A DNA stretch of 64,000 bases, taken from Antedon mediterranea (taxonomy: Eukaryota; Animalia; Echinodermata). The notes below the pieces were generated by a model. The model was not told where the DNA came from. It did not search any database and saw only the letters and a program-made list of their open reading frames with translations. Below are positions 26,001 to 38,200 of the stretch, piece by piece. The DNA lies in NCBI RefSeq assembly GCF_964355755.1, contig NC_092675.1, positions 1,793,812 through 1,857,811 on the forward strand. Reading direction: 5' to 3'. The position numbers and the translations under genes were made by a program. Within the stretch, counting starts at the first letter, position 1; every line of letters starts with the position of its first letter.

Positions 26001-27229
26001 GTCAGAGCCTAACGTATTGTATTAGTGAGAAATTACTTACAGTGTTTACAGTATAATGTTTGGTTGTTTTAGTGGTTTTGGGAAGTAGTGTCTGAGATGA
26101 CACCAGAAGAAAGAGTTCTGCTTTTGCAATTTTCTACAGGAAGGTAAGTATTTGCTTATTATTATTATATTAAGTACTATATAGTATTATTTTATAGTAT
26201 ACAGATACAGTACATCTCACATCTCTGATTTATCTTGCAATGGACCCCATTGGAATCGATCTTATGGGTCGTCCTTGCATCCATTCACTTTGGTTTTATT
26301 CAATTTTAATATTCCAATTGTTTGTATTTTTTCTTTGTTATGTATTTTAAATGGATGTTTGAATGGATGCTAAAATATTAAAAAATAGGCGTCATTTTTA
26401 ATTAAAATATTTGAAAGCGTATAAATAATTGTAAATGATATAATAATAATAAATTTTTCAAAATGTTGGTGATATAACCAGACAGTTTGATTAACAGAGA
26501 GTAAAGTCACATTTTCCCATCTTTCCTTTTTAATATATTGTTCTCTATAATTGTTCAGTTCACGTGTACCTCATGGTGGTTTCTCAAATCTCATTGGAGG
26601 GGGTGGGATCACTAAATTCAACATCTCTTCTATGAACTACCAGTACAACATCCTCCCCACTACAAGCACCTGGTAAGTACATTTTTGTTCCAAATAAAGT
26701 ATTTCTAAATGTTTAAATTGTGCATAGAAGGTAAATTTTAATTATTAAAATAATTTAAACACCGCTGAACTACAGTATATTGTATAAATAATGTAGAAAT
26801 TCTATTTTAAGTCACATAAACGCTTGTTTTATTTCATGTTCATTTGTGTATTATATTCATTGATATTAATAATAATATAGATAGAGAAATAATAAGTGTG
26901 AACGTGATTTTAATCAAAGATTTTGTTGCTATTGGTCTAAAGCTCCGTCTACACTATCAAACTAGTTTGACAAAAAAAAGGGTGATGTGCCCAAATATGG
27001 TAGTTGATATGTCCATATATGGGCACATCACTTTTTTTTGTCACATAAAGTTGGATAGTGTAGACAGACCTTAATATTATGCAAACTAATTATAATTGCT
27101 TATTATTATATTATTTCTGTTATAAGTGTAAATATGCTGAAACTACCTGAATACAAGAGTAAAGGAGAACTAAAAGACCGTCTTCTTGTGGCGCTTCGAT
27201 GCGGAAGTCAGGGTTACGCAATGGCTTAG
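14055..27229 (+). CDS. HACE1: HECT domain and ankyrin repeat-containing E3 ubiquitin ligase HACE1, 24 coding exons, about 940 aa
   Basis: GT-AG exons: 14055-14121, 14693-14747, 15358-15447, 15978-16082, 16509-16584, 17235-17312, 17672-17725, 17849-17931, 18191-18389, 18806-18912, 19525-19663, 19767-20224, 20411-20479, 22555-22745, 23044-23141, 23283-23370, 23760-23909, 24425-24486, 24799-24933, 25285-25416, 25676-25774, 26073-26143, 26559-26672, 27127-27229 (sum 2823 nt, in frame). N-terminus [14 protein letters not shown]; ankyrin repeats ([33 protein letters not shown]); HECT domain ([27 protein letters not shown] with catalytic Cys); ends [16 protein letters not shown]. All match recalled HACE1. 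Confidence 0.96.
14382..14549. mobile_element. Old Tc1/mariner-pogo-like MITE family (GGACACC motif)
   Basis: GTAGAATCT...AGATTCTACTG ends with AAGG(G)GACAC motifs. Related decayed pieces near 24540-24635, 34940-35010, 40820-41153, 46440-47095, 47750-47912, 59956-60075 and 62020-62080. Confidence 0.5.
16125..16300 (-). mobile_element. Family H (hAT-like) copy in HACE1 intron 4
   Basis: Ends CTCATAGCCATTACACCACTG; reverse complement of the 1702 and 41579 copies. Confidence 0.6.
16655..17015 (+). mobile_element. 5S rRNA-derived SINE (SINE3-type) in HACE1 intron 5
   Basis: 16655-16771 aligns along the whole of metazoan 5S rRNA (TACGGC..TACCACGTTGAAA.CACCGGTTCTCGTC.GATCACCGAAGTTAAG...GGATGGGAGACC..CTGGGAATA.CGGGTGCTGTA) with several substitutions. 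No T-run terminator follows; instead about 215 bp of unrelated body and an A-rich tail. Confidence 0.85.
18579..18690. mobile_element. MITE family A
   Basis: AGCTCTATCTACACT...GTTTGATAGTGTAG, degenerate. Confidence 0.75.
20643..22308. mobile_element. Foldback/Mutator-like non-autonomous DNA element in HACE1 intron 13
   Basis: Left arm of GGACAACTACCCCC tandem repeats (20650-20831) and right arm of reverse-complement GGGGGTAGTTGTCC repeats (21860-22305). Direct duplication ACTATTTAT(G) at 20634-20642 and 22309-22317. Confidence 0.88.
20885..21217. mobile_element. Mutator-like MITE nested in the foldback element
   Basis: TIRs GGGTGTTTCGAAACTAGAGA.CCGAGACCAGAGACC; perfect 9-bp TSD GTTTTTAAC at 20876-20884 and 21218-21226; internal ~21-bp GGGTCTCCCTTTTCGTATA tandem array. 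Confidence 0.9.
23337..23515 (+). repeat. 63-bp tandem triplication of the HACE1 exon 16 3' end plus its splice donor
   Basis: GATG|GTAAGT donors at 23371, 23434 and 23497; reading frame repeats [21 protein letters not shown]. Confidence 0.95.
23958..24178 (+). mobile_element. SINE fragment with Deu-domain-like segment
   Basis: TTTCAGAAGACTAGGGGGTTACCCGGTGTACTGGTCC resembles the recalled DeuSINE core (TTCGAAGAAGAGCAGGGG..CCCCGGTGTCCTGGCC). GC-rich island in an AT-rich intron. Confidence 0.5.
24179..24366. repeat. 48-bp minisatellite, 4 copies
   Basis: CAGCCTAGTAGGCTGCAAGTCACAGGTTATTCCGTCATTTACACATCT x4; source of the overlapping spurious ORFs at 24071-24386. Confidence 0.93.
25513..25618. 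mobile_element. MITE family A, right-half fragment
   Basis: GGTAGTGATAT..CCAAATATGGTAGTG...GTTTGATAGTGTAGATAGAGCT. Confidence 0.75.
25858..25992. mobile_element. Family H (hAT-like) copy
   Basis: CAATGGCGTAAT ... ATTACACCACTG imperfect TIR pair. Confidence 0.55.
26941..27071. mobile_element. MITE family A
   Basis: Both TIRs present, TAA on both sides. Confidence 0.85.
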
Positions 27230-27403
27230 GAATATTATGCAATATGAATTGTGTCATGAGGTTGATTGTAGGAAATGTTTCATGTAATTGTAAACGTTAT
27301 TATGTGCAAGAGGATGTTTGTATTAAAATGAAACGAAACTACTATAAAACAGTCATAGGGTTATTAATCATGAAGGCAAATGTGTTTATTACATTTTGTA
27401 TAC

Positions 27404-27560
27404 AGCTCTGTCTACACTATCAAACTTTTTGAGACAAAAACATGTGATGTGCCCATATATGAACATGATGATGTCATACCGCTACCATATTTGGGCATAT
27501 TACTACCATATTTGAGCACATCACATTTTGTCAAGCTAGTTTGAAAGTGTAGACAGAGCT
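27404..27560. mobile_element. MITE family A in the probable HACE1 3'UTR
   Basis: Full copy with both TIRs, about 175 bp after the stop codon. Confidence 0.85.
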
Positions 27561-29226
27561 TCAGATGAAAATCTATAGTAGATCTCTATATTGTAGCAAA
27601 ATCTCAATCTTTGGCTCATTTGGAAAACTAACATTTTTATTCATGTTACTAATAAATTTTCACACTGCATACATTGTTACAGGTTGTATCATATTTTGAA
27701 CATTTTCATACTTGTATTCACAAACCTTACAAAATATCAGGAGAAAATATGATACGATAGTATTTATTTATTGTCATTTTATGAATGAGGTACAAATGAA
27801 ATTTGGTTGGTTGGTTGACTTTGTGATTTATATAGTCATAGTCATAGTCATAGTCATATATACTTTATTGTCCATTTAAAAAACAGAAATGTGATTTGAA
27901 AACTGGCAAAATACAAAAATATAAAATACAATTTACAAAAACACACACAAAAAGTTAAGAGGCTAAAAATTGTTAAAATTAGATAAAAATTATCGGTTAC
28001 AATTACATTTTACAATGTACAATATACAATATACAATGAATAAACAAGAATATTTCTTACAAAAAACGCTGCTCGCTTATTGTTATTGCTAAGGTCAAGT
28101 CTGGGGGTCACTTCATCTCGCCTAGATACTTCAAGTATCCTATTACAAACAAAAACTTCAATGGACTGTTTTGATAATAATTCAATGATTATCTGACAGC
28201 GAATTATAGTAATATCATGGGACTCATAAATACCAGAATGCTTTGGGATTTGTCGTTAGACTCTTTTCCCAGCCGTTTTTGGATTCAACAGGTGGTACCA
28301 ATAAATTATAGTGGAGTTTCCATTTTAACAAAAATGTCAAAGTGTAGTACTATAAAGCTGCTTGATTTCATCTAATGAATGAGTCATCTCGTGTGACGTA
28401 GCGGGCTAGAGCAGCAGCGTGAAAAAAAAGCTTGTGGCCAATGAATCTAAAGAGATCTTACAAACTTGCTATTAAATTTGTAAATTGAATTATTAACAAA
28501 TTGTTTAGTTGAGAGCGCTATTATTAGCACCATGTACTGCGATTGGTCAGTTACACATGCACAGTAACAACTCGAATAATCTCTGAATAAAAAAAAAACC
28601 AGATTCATCACAAATTATCTTCACATTACGCAAACCTGGTTACAACTTGTAACAAGTTACTTTTTGCAGATGTTCAAATCAATGTCCGTAGTTAATTGAG
28701 TCTGAGATTCAGTATGTTATTTAGTTTATAACAGTACACTATATTTAGATATTGTATATGGTGCCTGGAAATTGTATTCAGAAGGTCTCTAGTGACTAGT
28801 TGTAAAACAATCTTCATTGAATGAGGACTCTTAACATGTCTGGTCATAGTTGTTAAGAGTTTGACTCAAAAAATTACTAAACGGCAACCCACTTTATGTA
28901 TTTGTAAATTTGATACTGGCTGGCAATTGTATTCTCCAATAGTGGTTCTTTATTAGTGACCAATCGTTGAAAATCCTCATAAATACATCTGGTAGAAGTG
29001 TTTATTTGTCCATGCTCTGTCAAACTGTCTTTCAGTGCAGAAACCCAGACCAATTTTCAACAGGGTAGATCACACAAAATTCTGTTTTTTCACACATACT
29101 GTATTCAAATTAGCTGTAATATTAGTAGCATCTTCTATACCATGGAAAGCAAGGGGTGTCATTTGGAAACAGATATTCATTGCGTAGATATGGGACTGTT
29201 CATTGGACCAATCATGTATTAATTGA

Positions 29227-29361
29227 AGCCCTGTCTACACTATCAAACTTTATTTTACAAAAAAATGTAATGTGTCCATATATGGACATGATGATGTCAT
29301 ATCAGTACCATTTTTTTATCACTAACATATTTGGGCACATCACACTTTTTTCATCAAACTA
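29227..29361. mobile_element. MITE family A, truncated
   Basis: AGCCCTGTCTACACTATCAAAC...GGGCACATCACAC...TCAAACTAG. Confidence 0.75.
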
Positions 29362-30000
29362 GAAAGAAGCCGGTTAAAAAGATACTGAGGGCAAGTTGGA
29401 TATACTAAAACATGTTGGTGACTATATTCTGTATTTTTTCACTGTCAAATAAAAATATATACATTTATTTTTATGTGCATTGTACTGTAACATTTTATCA
29501 CCTTAGAATAAAGCTAAAATCACACTGGTTATACGTTTTATGGAACGAAAGACGCCGCTGTTCAACTCTTCATCATTTAACAACATGGCGCCATCTTTTG
29601 TTCCTTGAAATGAAACTTAAATGTGAATGTAACTTAATATAGATATAATTTTGTAAATTTGTGCATAAATCCATTCAATAATTAAAACTGTCTGTTTGAT
29701 TTGATTGTTTTAGAATAAGCAATTTGTGTTCACTTTTAGATAATTATAGATGAAATTATTTGCAATGTTATTATTTTGTAAATATCCCATTAAGATTAAG
29801 ACAAAAATTTGTCTTTAAAGTATTATATATTAAAAATAGGTATATTAACGAGTAGGAGAATGGAAAGCCCTGTAAGGCAGTGCATATAGATAACAGGTAG
29901 ATCATTTATATAAAAAGACTATGTATATATTCTACAGTATTCTATTTCTACATGTGTCCAAGGTTTGAATAAAGTGTAATACAAATTATAATAGTATATT

Positions 30001-31610
30001 GAAACATTCATGTAATATAAACATATTAAAATGAGCTAATATTACTATAAGTGCACGTATATTGCGTTATGTGCACGTATATAGCATTATGTGCACGTAT
30101 ATAGCATTATGTGCACGTATATAGCATTATGTGCACGTATATAGCGTTATGTGCACGTGTATAGGGTTACGTGCACGTATATAGGGTTATGTGCACGTAT
30201 ATAGCGTTATGTGCACGTGTATAGGGTTATGTACACGTATATAGCGTTACGTACACGTATATAGGGTTACGTGCATTTATATAGGGTTACGTGCACGTAT
30301 ATAGCATTATGTACACGTATATAGCATTATGTACACGTATATAGCATTATGTGCACGTATATAGGGTTATGTACACGTATATAGCGTTATGTGCACGTAT
30401 ATAGCGTTATGTACACGTATATAGCATTATGTGCACGTATATAGGGTTATGTGCACGTATATAGCGTTATGTGCACGTATATAGCGTTATGTGCACGTAT
30501 ATAGCATTATGTGCACGTATATAGCGTTATGTGCACGTATATAGCGTTATGTGCACGTATATAGCGTTATGTGCACGTATATAGCGTTATGTGCACGTAT
30601 ATAGCGTTATGTGCACGTATATATATATTTGACGAAAAAATTAGGAAAATATAAACATTTCAAAATGAGCTAATATTACTATAAGTGCACGTATATAGCG
30701 TTATTATCATCTTATGGTATCATATAACAAAGTTTTGTCCAAAAATAAAAGGGTCCATATTTGCCCAATTTCAGACAAAATCCGTATACTATAGTACATG
30801 GATTTTCTTGAAAAATGACGAAAATATGAACATTTCAAAATGAGATAATACAGTATTACCATAAGTGCACGTATATTGGGGTATGTGCACGTATATAGCG
30901 TTATGTGCACGTATATAGCGTTATGTACACGTATATAGCGTTATGTACACGTATATAGCGTTACGTGCACGTATTATAGCGTTATGTGCACGTATATAGC
31001 GTTATGTGCACGTATATAGGGTTATGTGCACGTATATAGCGTTATGTGCACGTATTATAGCGTTATGTGCACGTATATAGCGTTATGTGCACGTATATAG
31101 CGTTATGTGCACGTATTATAGCGTTTGTGCACGTATATAGCGTTATGTGCATGTATAGCGTTAGGTGCATGTATATAGTGTTATGTGCATGTATATAGCG
31201 TTATGTGCACGTATATAGCGTTACGTGCACGTATATAGTGTTATGTGCATGTATATAGCGTTATGTGCACGTATATAGCGTTACGTGCACGTATATAGGG
31301 TTACGTGCACGTATATAGCGTTACGTGCACGTATATAGGGTTACGTGCACGTATATAGCGTTACGTGCACGTATATAGCGTTACGTGCACGTATATAGCG
31401 TTATGTGCACGTATATAGCGTTATGTGCACGTATATAGCGTTATGTGCACGTATATAGCGTTATGTGCACGTATATAGCGTTATGTGCACGTATATAGGG
31501 TTATGTGCACGTAAATAGCGTTATTATTATCTTATGGTATTATATGACAAAGTTTTGCCAAAAAATAAAAAGGTCCACATTTGGCCACTAATTTTCGACA
31601 AAATCCCTTT
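30001..31610. repeat. 20-bp minisatellite (GTGCACGTATATAGCGTTAT)n in two arrays, embedded in a higher-order repeat
   Basis: Arrays at about 30050-30622 (about 28 units) and about 30865-31523 (about 33 units). Shared flanks AAAATGAGCTAATATTACTATAA and ATTAT.ATCTTATGGTAT.ATAT.ACAAAGTTTTG. Confidence 0.97.
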
Positions 31611-32324
31611 ACAGGGATTCATTGGTACACAATTTGTACATGAACTTGAACGGTGAATATAATGAACTTGAACGGTGAATATATTGAACTTAAACACAAA
31701 AAACATATTTTTGTATTATTTATTAGAGAATACAAATATTTCAAACATATAGTATTTTTAATTAATGACAACATGATAATAAATAAAAAAAAAAAAAAAA
31801 AAAAGACCAACTACCATTATTTTAGTTTTACCATTTAAAATAATATTTCTTGGACTCTTAATTCAAAAGCAAACATGCACTGGTCCTGCCGTCATTTATT
31901 ATTTATTGTAATATTTATTTATTATTGCCAGAATAAAAGTTTTTAATTATGGCATCCAATATTGATCTTTAAGGAGATTAGTGGTTTGTCCCAGTCAACA
32001 GAAAGTTCAGCATACAAGAGGGCTCGGAACGGATATTACGATATAAACACAACGTGAAGTATCATAACTATATATAAATTTGCAGGCATAGAGAGATATA
32101 TATATATATATATTAAAATATTTTTTTTTTTGGAATGGTGTTCAATGAATTTGTTTAATTTGTTTTTTTAATTATTATAATATGGAATGGTTTAGGAATA
32201 TGAGGTATCATTCCAAACCTTTGGTTCACCTACTTTTAAACAAATGAAGCAAAACAAAGAAATATACTTTGTAACCAGGGAAGAACCAGATGCAGCGGCA
32301 TAACACAGGGGGAGAAGGTAGGCC

Positions 32325-32420
32325 CATGATTTAGCACTCCTAAGAGGCTCTCCAACACTTTCAAATGCTGTGGGGGCCCCTAGGTTTAGGCAGTGAACAC
32401 TCATAGCCGTTACGCCACTG
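32325..32420 (-). mobile_element. Family H (hAT-like) copy
   Basis: Ends CACTCATAGCCGTTACGCCACTG; TTAGCACTCCTAAGAGGC matches the 25858 copy in reverse. Confidence 0.55.
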
Positions 32421-33495
32421 TCCAGGTAGGTAGCTTTTTAATGTCTATGTTTTACTGTACAGTATTATTAATATTAGCACTGCCTGAACTACCCTTGGTA
32501 ACCTGTGAATCTTTGTCTACATTATGCATAAAACGATTACATATTTGATACGAAAAAGTAACAGCATATAGTATACTATACAGTACATATTTTATCTGCA
32601 AATAATGTAAGTTTTCTTAAATTAAATAGATTTAAAATTTAAAAATCTAAAAATATCATAATACAATTAGATTTATACAAAACAAAAAGAAACTTAAAAG
32701 TGAGTTTACTTTGTGCTTATTCTGAAGCCTTGAGGTGGTGCTGTCTCAGGTGGTATAACTACTATCATTTAATCATCAAACAACTAAATAATATTTAATA
32801 TTATAATAGTATTAAATTATTTCATTCATAATTAATAACAATATACAAATAACAGATATTATTGACATTATATTAATTGATTAAACAACTGGAATGCAAC
32901 AAAAACACACAAATAAAAATATGATATACATAACACGCAAACAATAACAATATTGTATTCTACTAGATATACTGTACAACAAATAAGCAACGCTGTAACA
33001 TACTTTATAACCAGGTCGTATCAAAATTAGTCACAAACTATAGTCACTAACATTTTTGTAATCATGATTTTAATATTTAAAATATTAGTACAAATAATTA
33101 CAAACAAATTCATTAAAATGAAAGCTTTTTAATTAATCAGCAAAGGATTCGTTTGGCAACCAAAATAATGTTTTTCTCAAAGCAGATAAAAACAGTGTTA
33201 ATAAAATGTATATTTTGTATAAAGCAAAAATGTATACTTTTATTTAAAGCAGCATATAGTAAAATTAAATAAGAATTCTAATATATACATAATTCTATAT
33301 TATTTAAAAAATTATTAAAAGATAATTTAAAAAAAACCTTTCACTGAATACTTGATAGGATAACAGTTATATTCTTTGATACATTAATTTTGGAAGTGCT
33401 CGCCCCAACTCACTAAATTTGAATTCCAATAATTAAGTATAAAATAATGCAATAGAAACATGAAATATAACACACAAAAAACCCCCACTTTACGT

Positions 33496-33615
33496 CACAA
33501 TGAGGCTAAATGTACACATGCTTGACACAATGGGGCTAGATGTACACATGCTTGACACAATGGGGCTAGATGTACACATGCTTGACACAATGGGGCTAGA
33601 TGTACACATGCTTGA
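33496..33615. repeat. 30-bp minisatellite, 4 copies
   Basis: CACAATGGGGCTAGATGTACACATGCTTGA x4. Confidence 0.93.
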
Positions 33616-34812
33616 TTCAATAATCCAGACTCTCTAAATTCAGCGATTAATTTAATAAAAAATGTATCAGAAACAAAAACATATTTTGAAATTAAATATT
33701 TAATGCCTAATTATTTCTTAATATGATATATTTACTTAATTAAAAAAATAATCATAAAGTATGTAATAAACTATTTTCAAACACACTTTTATACAATTGA
33801 AAAAATTTAGCTCAAAAGGTGTTTGACACTGGTTACAAAAAATGTTTATTTTACTCAAAATACTATTTTACTGTTGTTTACTTACAAAATTATACATAAA
33901 CAACAAACTATATATCTATTAACATCTACATCTTTATATTTATCTATTTTATTGTTTTGAGGAAAATTCATTAAGCATTGGTTTTATTCCAAAATGGATC
34001 CATTATTTATTATCTTTTTTATTATGGTACAAACAAGTAGGAAAATTAGCAAATAAAAATTAACATTTCCAATACCAGACTCTTTCAGAACCATTTAGTT
34101 AAAAGCAGACTTCAAGAAAATTTGACTAGGGCCCACCCAAGGGTGTCTGGTATTGATTTGATTTCTCTGTAGCAACTACAACTATGTAGATAAGCTCATT
34201 ATTGTGTGCATGCCTACACAGTAAAATCCAGAATTAATCAGAATTAAGTTAGATAATACAGCTGTTTGTATTACTAATCGTTCAAATACAAACTAAGCGG
34301 TCAGAATACCACAACCACCATTTATTAATCTGGAGATATGGGTTTTGGTCAAACATCATGGAAAAAATGATCTTCCGCCATATATAGTAGTCTAAATTCC
34401 AATCATGTTGAAGTTAAAATGGTTAGCAACCGAAACATATTGTATTCGGTTAGGTTGTTTACAAGTAAACAAAAAAAAAACAACAAATATGATCTCCTGT
34501 TTGATATTTCAAGTAAAATATATACAGACTAAACTATATTTAACTATTAAAGTTGTAATGGAAATGTTCTATCAATTGCACAGTGCAAAACTACATAATA
34601 TATTGAACAATTATATACCATGTACCATAACAATTCCAAAAGGTTTTCAGTGGTTTAGTAGATGGGTAGAATAATTTGATTTAAACTGTATGGCCTATGC
34701 CTTTTGCGTTAGATGTTGGTATACTATTAGAGGAACTTGAAACATTAAAAAAAAGGTATTATACACAGCAATACAGGTGAAAATTGCATGTGAATTTGAT
34801 CAATGGAAAAAG

Positions 34813-34931
34813 CACTATCAAACTAGTTTCACAAAAGAGTGTGATGTGCCCAAATATGGTAGTGATATGACATCATCATGTTCAAATTTTTTTCTCACAT
34901 AGGCCTAAAGTTTTATAGTGTAGACAGAACT
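34813..34931. mobile_element. MITE family A, 5'-truncated
   Basis: CACTATCAAACTAGTTT...ATAGTGTAGACAGAACT. Confidence 0.75.
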
Positions 34932-35267
34932 TAAGGAGGCAGGGGACACCCTATATTTAGGAGTCACTTCAGAAGGTGTCCTGTTCTAGTGTACCCTATG
35001 TCTACTGAAATTTACAACCGAGTTCCTTGATATTGTGAACTAATAAACTTTGACCTGTTACACTAAAATAATGAAATATTGTATACAGTAACTTGTTATT
35101 GAATTGGACCTGTGGCTAGTAGTGTACCCTGTGTGAATGGTAAGCTATCACTGTATACTTATTTGAATTATTATTATATGATTTATTATTTTAAACCTTT
35201 ATAATATTGGCACCTTGAATATTCTCTGAAAACCTTGATGTAGAGTAGATATGTTGTCTAAAACTTG

Positions 35268-38200
35268 TCATGTGCACATGTCGTAAACTTCTTCTTCTGT
35301 GGAAAAAAGATAGTTTAAAGTTTAACATCATTTATAGTAAAAAACAGTGCATGAGAAACAATCCATTATACAATTTAATCATGTTTTATTGATTTAATAA
35401 AAACAAACATAAATTAATATCATACCAATAGCTTATAAATATGCAATAGGGGGTTGAAGAAAATAAAGTTTTCTTCTTCTAGGACTTCTAGCATTGCTCA
35501 GCTATAGAGTATGAGCAGTCACTGATACTAAACCAATGATGACCCTAAAGGTCACTGATACTAAACCAATGATGACCCTAAAGGTCACTGATACTAAACC
35601 AATGATGACCTAAAGGTCACTGATACTAAACAAATGATGACCCTAAAGGTCACTGATACTAAACCAATGATGACCCTAAATGTCACTGATAATAAACCAA
35701 TGACGACCTTAAAGGTCATTGATACTAAACTAATGATGATCCTAAATGTCACTGATACTAAACCATTGATGACCTAAAAGTCACTGATACTAAACCAATG
35801 ATGACCCCAAAGGTCACTATACTTACCAAAGTCTTCTGGAATCTGTATATCCACATCATCATATAGTTCTTGTGGTTCATTCCTGTCAACGCAATATATC
35901 TGTACATATCCATCTAAAAGAAAAATTAATATAATGTAGTTTGCAAATTTTATCATGACTAAACTACATCATGTGATTCCTAAAAAAGAAAGTCAATTTT
36001 TTATTTTAGTTTCTAATAAAACAGACTGGCTTCTGGAGTATTGAATTTTCTCACATAATTCGCTTGACGAAAGCCACCATTCAATTATGGTTTCTATAAT
36101 TTAGTATATCTTCTTCTAAAGGTTACACTAGTAATTTGAAGGCAGGGTTATGGAATTTACCATTATAGGGGTGTTTTTTAAAATGTTATATATTCAAGTT
36201 GTAGCTTTGTTCTTGGAGAGAATAGGCCAATGTTGGTTTATCCAGGTAAGCTAGGCACAAAATAGTTTCCAAAAAGAAATAAATTATTTCATTGCTTCCA
36301 AACCTACCTTTACATATATTTTTACTTATAGATACTGGATTACAAAACAACAATATAATATCTTACAGACTCCTTGTTTGTTGCGTACAAGATAGCGATC
36401 CTCTGGATTATTATCTTCACGTATTAACTCTAGTTGCTCCCCACTGTAACATCCTATATCAAGTTTGTCCTTCGCTGCATATGGTTCTGTTACAACTATC
36501 TCACGCAGTACCTTAATATCTCCTTTTATCTGTAATACAATAAAGTATATTTATAAAAAATTTATAACAGTATATTTCATTTAGCTAGTAGCTACAAAAT
36601 TAGTTAAACAAAAGTATTTAAGATTTAATTTTAATTTAATTTACACAAACCAACAGTGGTGTTGGTAGTATATAAGTGTTACAGAGAACATAAGAATTTC
36701 CAAAGAAAAGATAAGGGCAAAGCAAATCCTATCCTCTCTTTGGAGAGAGAGGGCTATTGACGGTTTGTCCAGGTAAGTTTGGCACAAAATAGAATATCTT
36801 TACATCATGTTTTAATTATCTATTCTATATTTTCTTTATCTTATTCAAAAAAACTTACATTAAATTTCTTCCTATTGTCTTTGTCTTCTTTTTCTTTCCT
36901 CTTCTTTTCTTCTCTTTCCTTTTTAAGGCGTTCCTTTTCCTTTTTCTCCTCCTCTTTTTTCCTCTGCTTTTCTAATTCCTTTCTTTGTTTCTCTGTAGTT
37001 TTATCTTCTTGCGTCTCTTCTTGAGAGACGTTCATGCTTAAAGGAAAAAGAAATGTCTTAATTTTTAAACTTGTATGTACCAATTAGACACCAGTGCTGT
37101 ATCTTCTCAATACCTGTCCAGCAGAGGTAAATTCTGTAACACAGCAATCTATGATGCAGGTATCACATGTGAAACACATGAGATACTGTATCATGGTATT
37201 TTCCTACTGGACAAATTTAGATGCAATACCGAGAATTTCCTGACTCAAGAAATACAGGCTTAAAACCTTACTTTAATGTACAGTGTAAAGAAAGAATTAA
37301 TATATTTTACACATACTGTATACTGATCCGATTAATGCATAATTTCATTTTTAAATTTAAAAATCATGCAACACTTCTCAATGTTTGCCACACCTACATT
37401 ATTACACAGGTTCTTAGCTTCATATTGTTTATTATTAAATAAACACTATATGCTTTCAATTTCCAACAATCTAGCTATGTCAGGTCACTTGATGTGTCGT
37501 CAGTCAGACCTAGAAACATGTGCACTATGAATTGACATAGCCTAGAGTTAGGTCGTAGGTCAGCACAAGTTGAAATATTTCTATTTACTCATGCATTGCA
37601 CAACTGCATTTGAATGTTAATTAAATATGCAAATACAAATTAGCATACCCAGGAGGCATTCGTGCTTCTATTTCAGATGAATCTACTGCCTCATATATGT
37701 CCTCCCCTGTGTCTCCCTAAAAAAATGATTATAATTATTATTTCACAAGTTTAAGAGTTGTAACTAAACCTCACACACATCATTTAGTTTAAAGGATTTA
37801 CTTAAATCAACAGGCTTGAAAAATAGTATCTTAAATTTTATTTTTATAAAATCAATACAAATTTAGTGGCTATAAAAACAATTTTTACAATTTGATAAAG
37901 CATTTTTCCCAGGCAATTTATCTTATCTTGTTGTGTCCCACAATCGGGAAAACTTTTTCCTTGGTAATTTATACTCACCACTGTGTCATATGTTTCTCCA
38001 AAATCACTGGACTGATCAATTTTAGGAGCAGATTGATAATTTGGAATATTTGATAATGGAGCTGGAATACAAAATAAGAATAAAATTTAAATATACTCGA
38101 TACAGCACATAGATATATATGTTTTTGGTAACATATAAGACAAATTGATATGTGCAACCATTAAACATTGAGTTTCTGATGTTAGTAGTCCTTTTTCATG

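Noticed and set aside
28050-28380. Possible LINE ORF2 remnant on the minus strand (NPKAFW-like peptide)
   Set aside because: Only one short motif; too degenerate to call.
30050-31523. CRISPR-like array (also considered for 35517-35826, 48840-49810 and 61356-61603)
   Set aside because: Units are contiguous tandem repeats with no unique spacers, there are no cas genes, and the context is eukaryotic.
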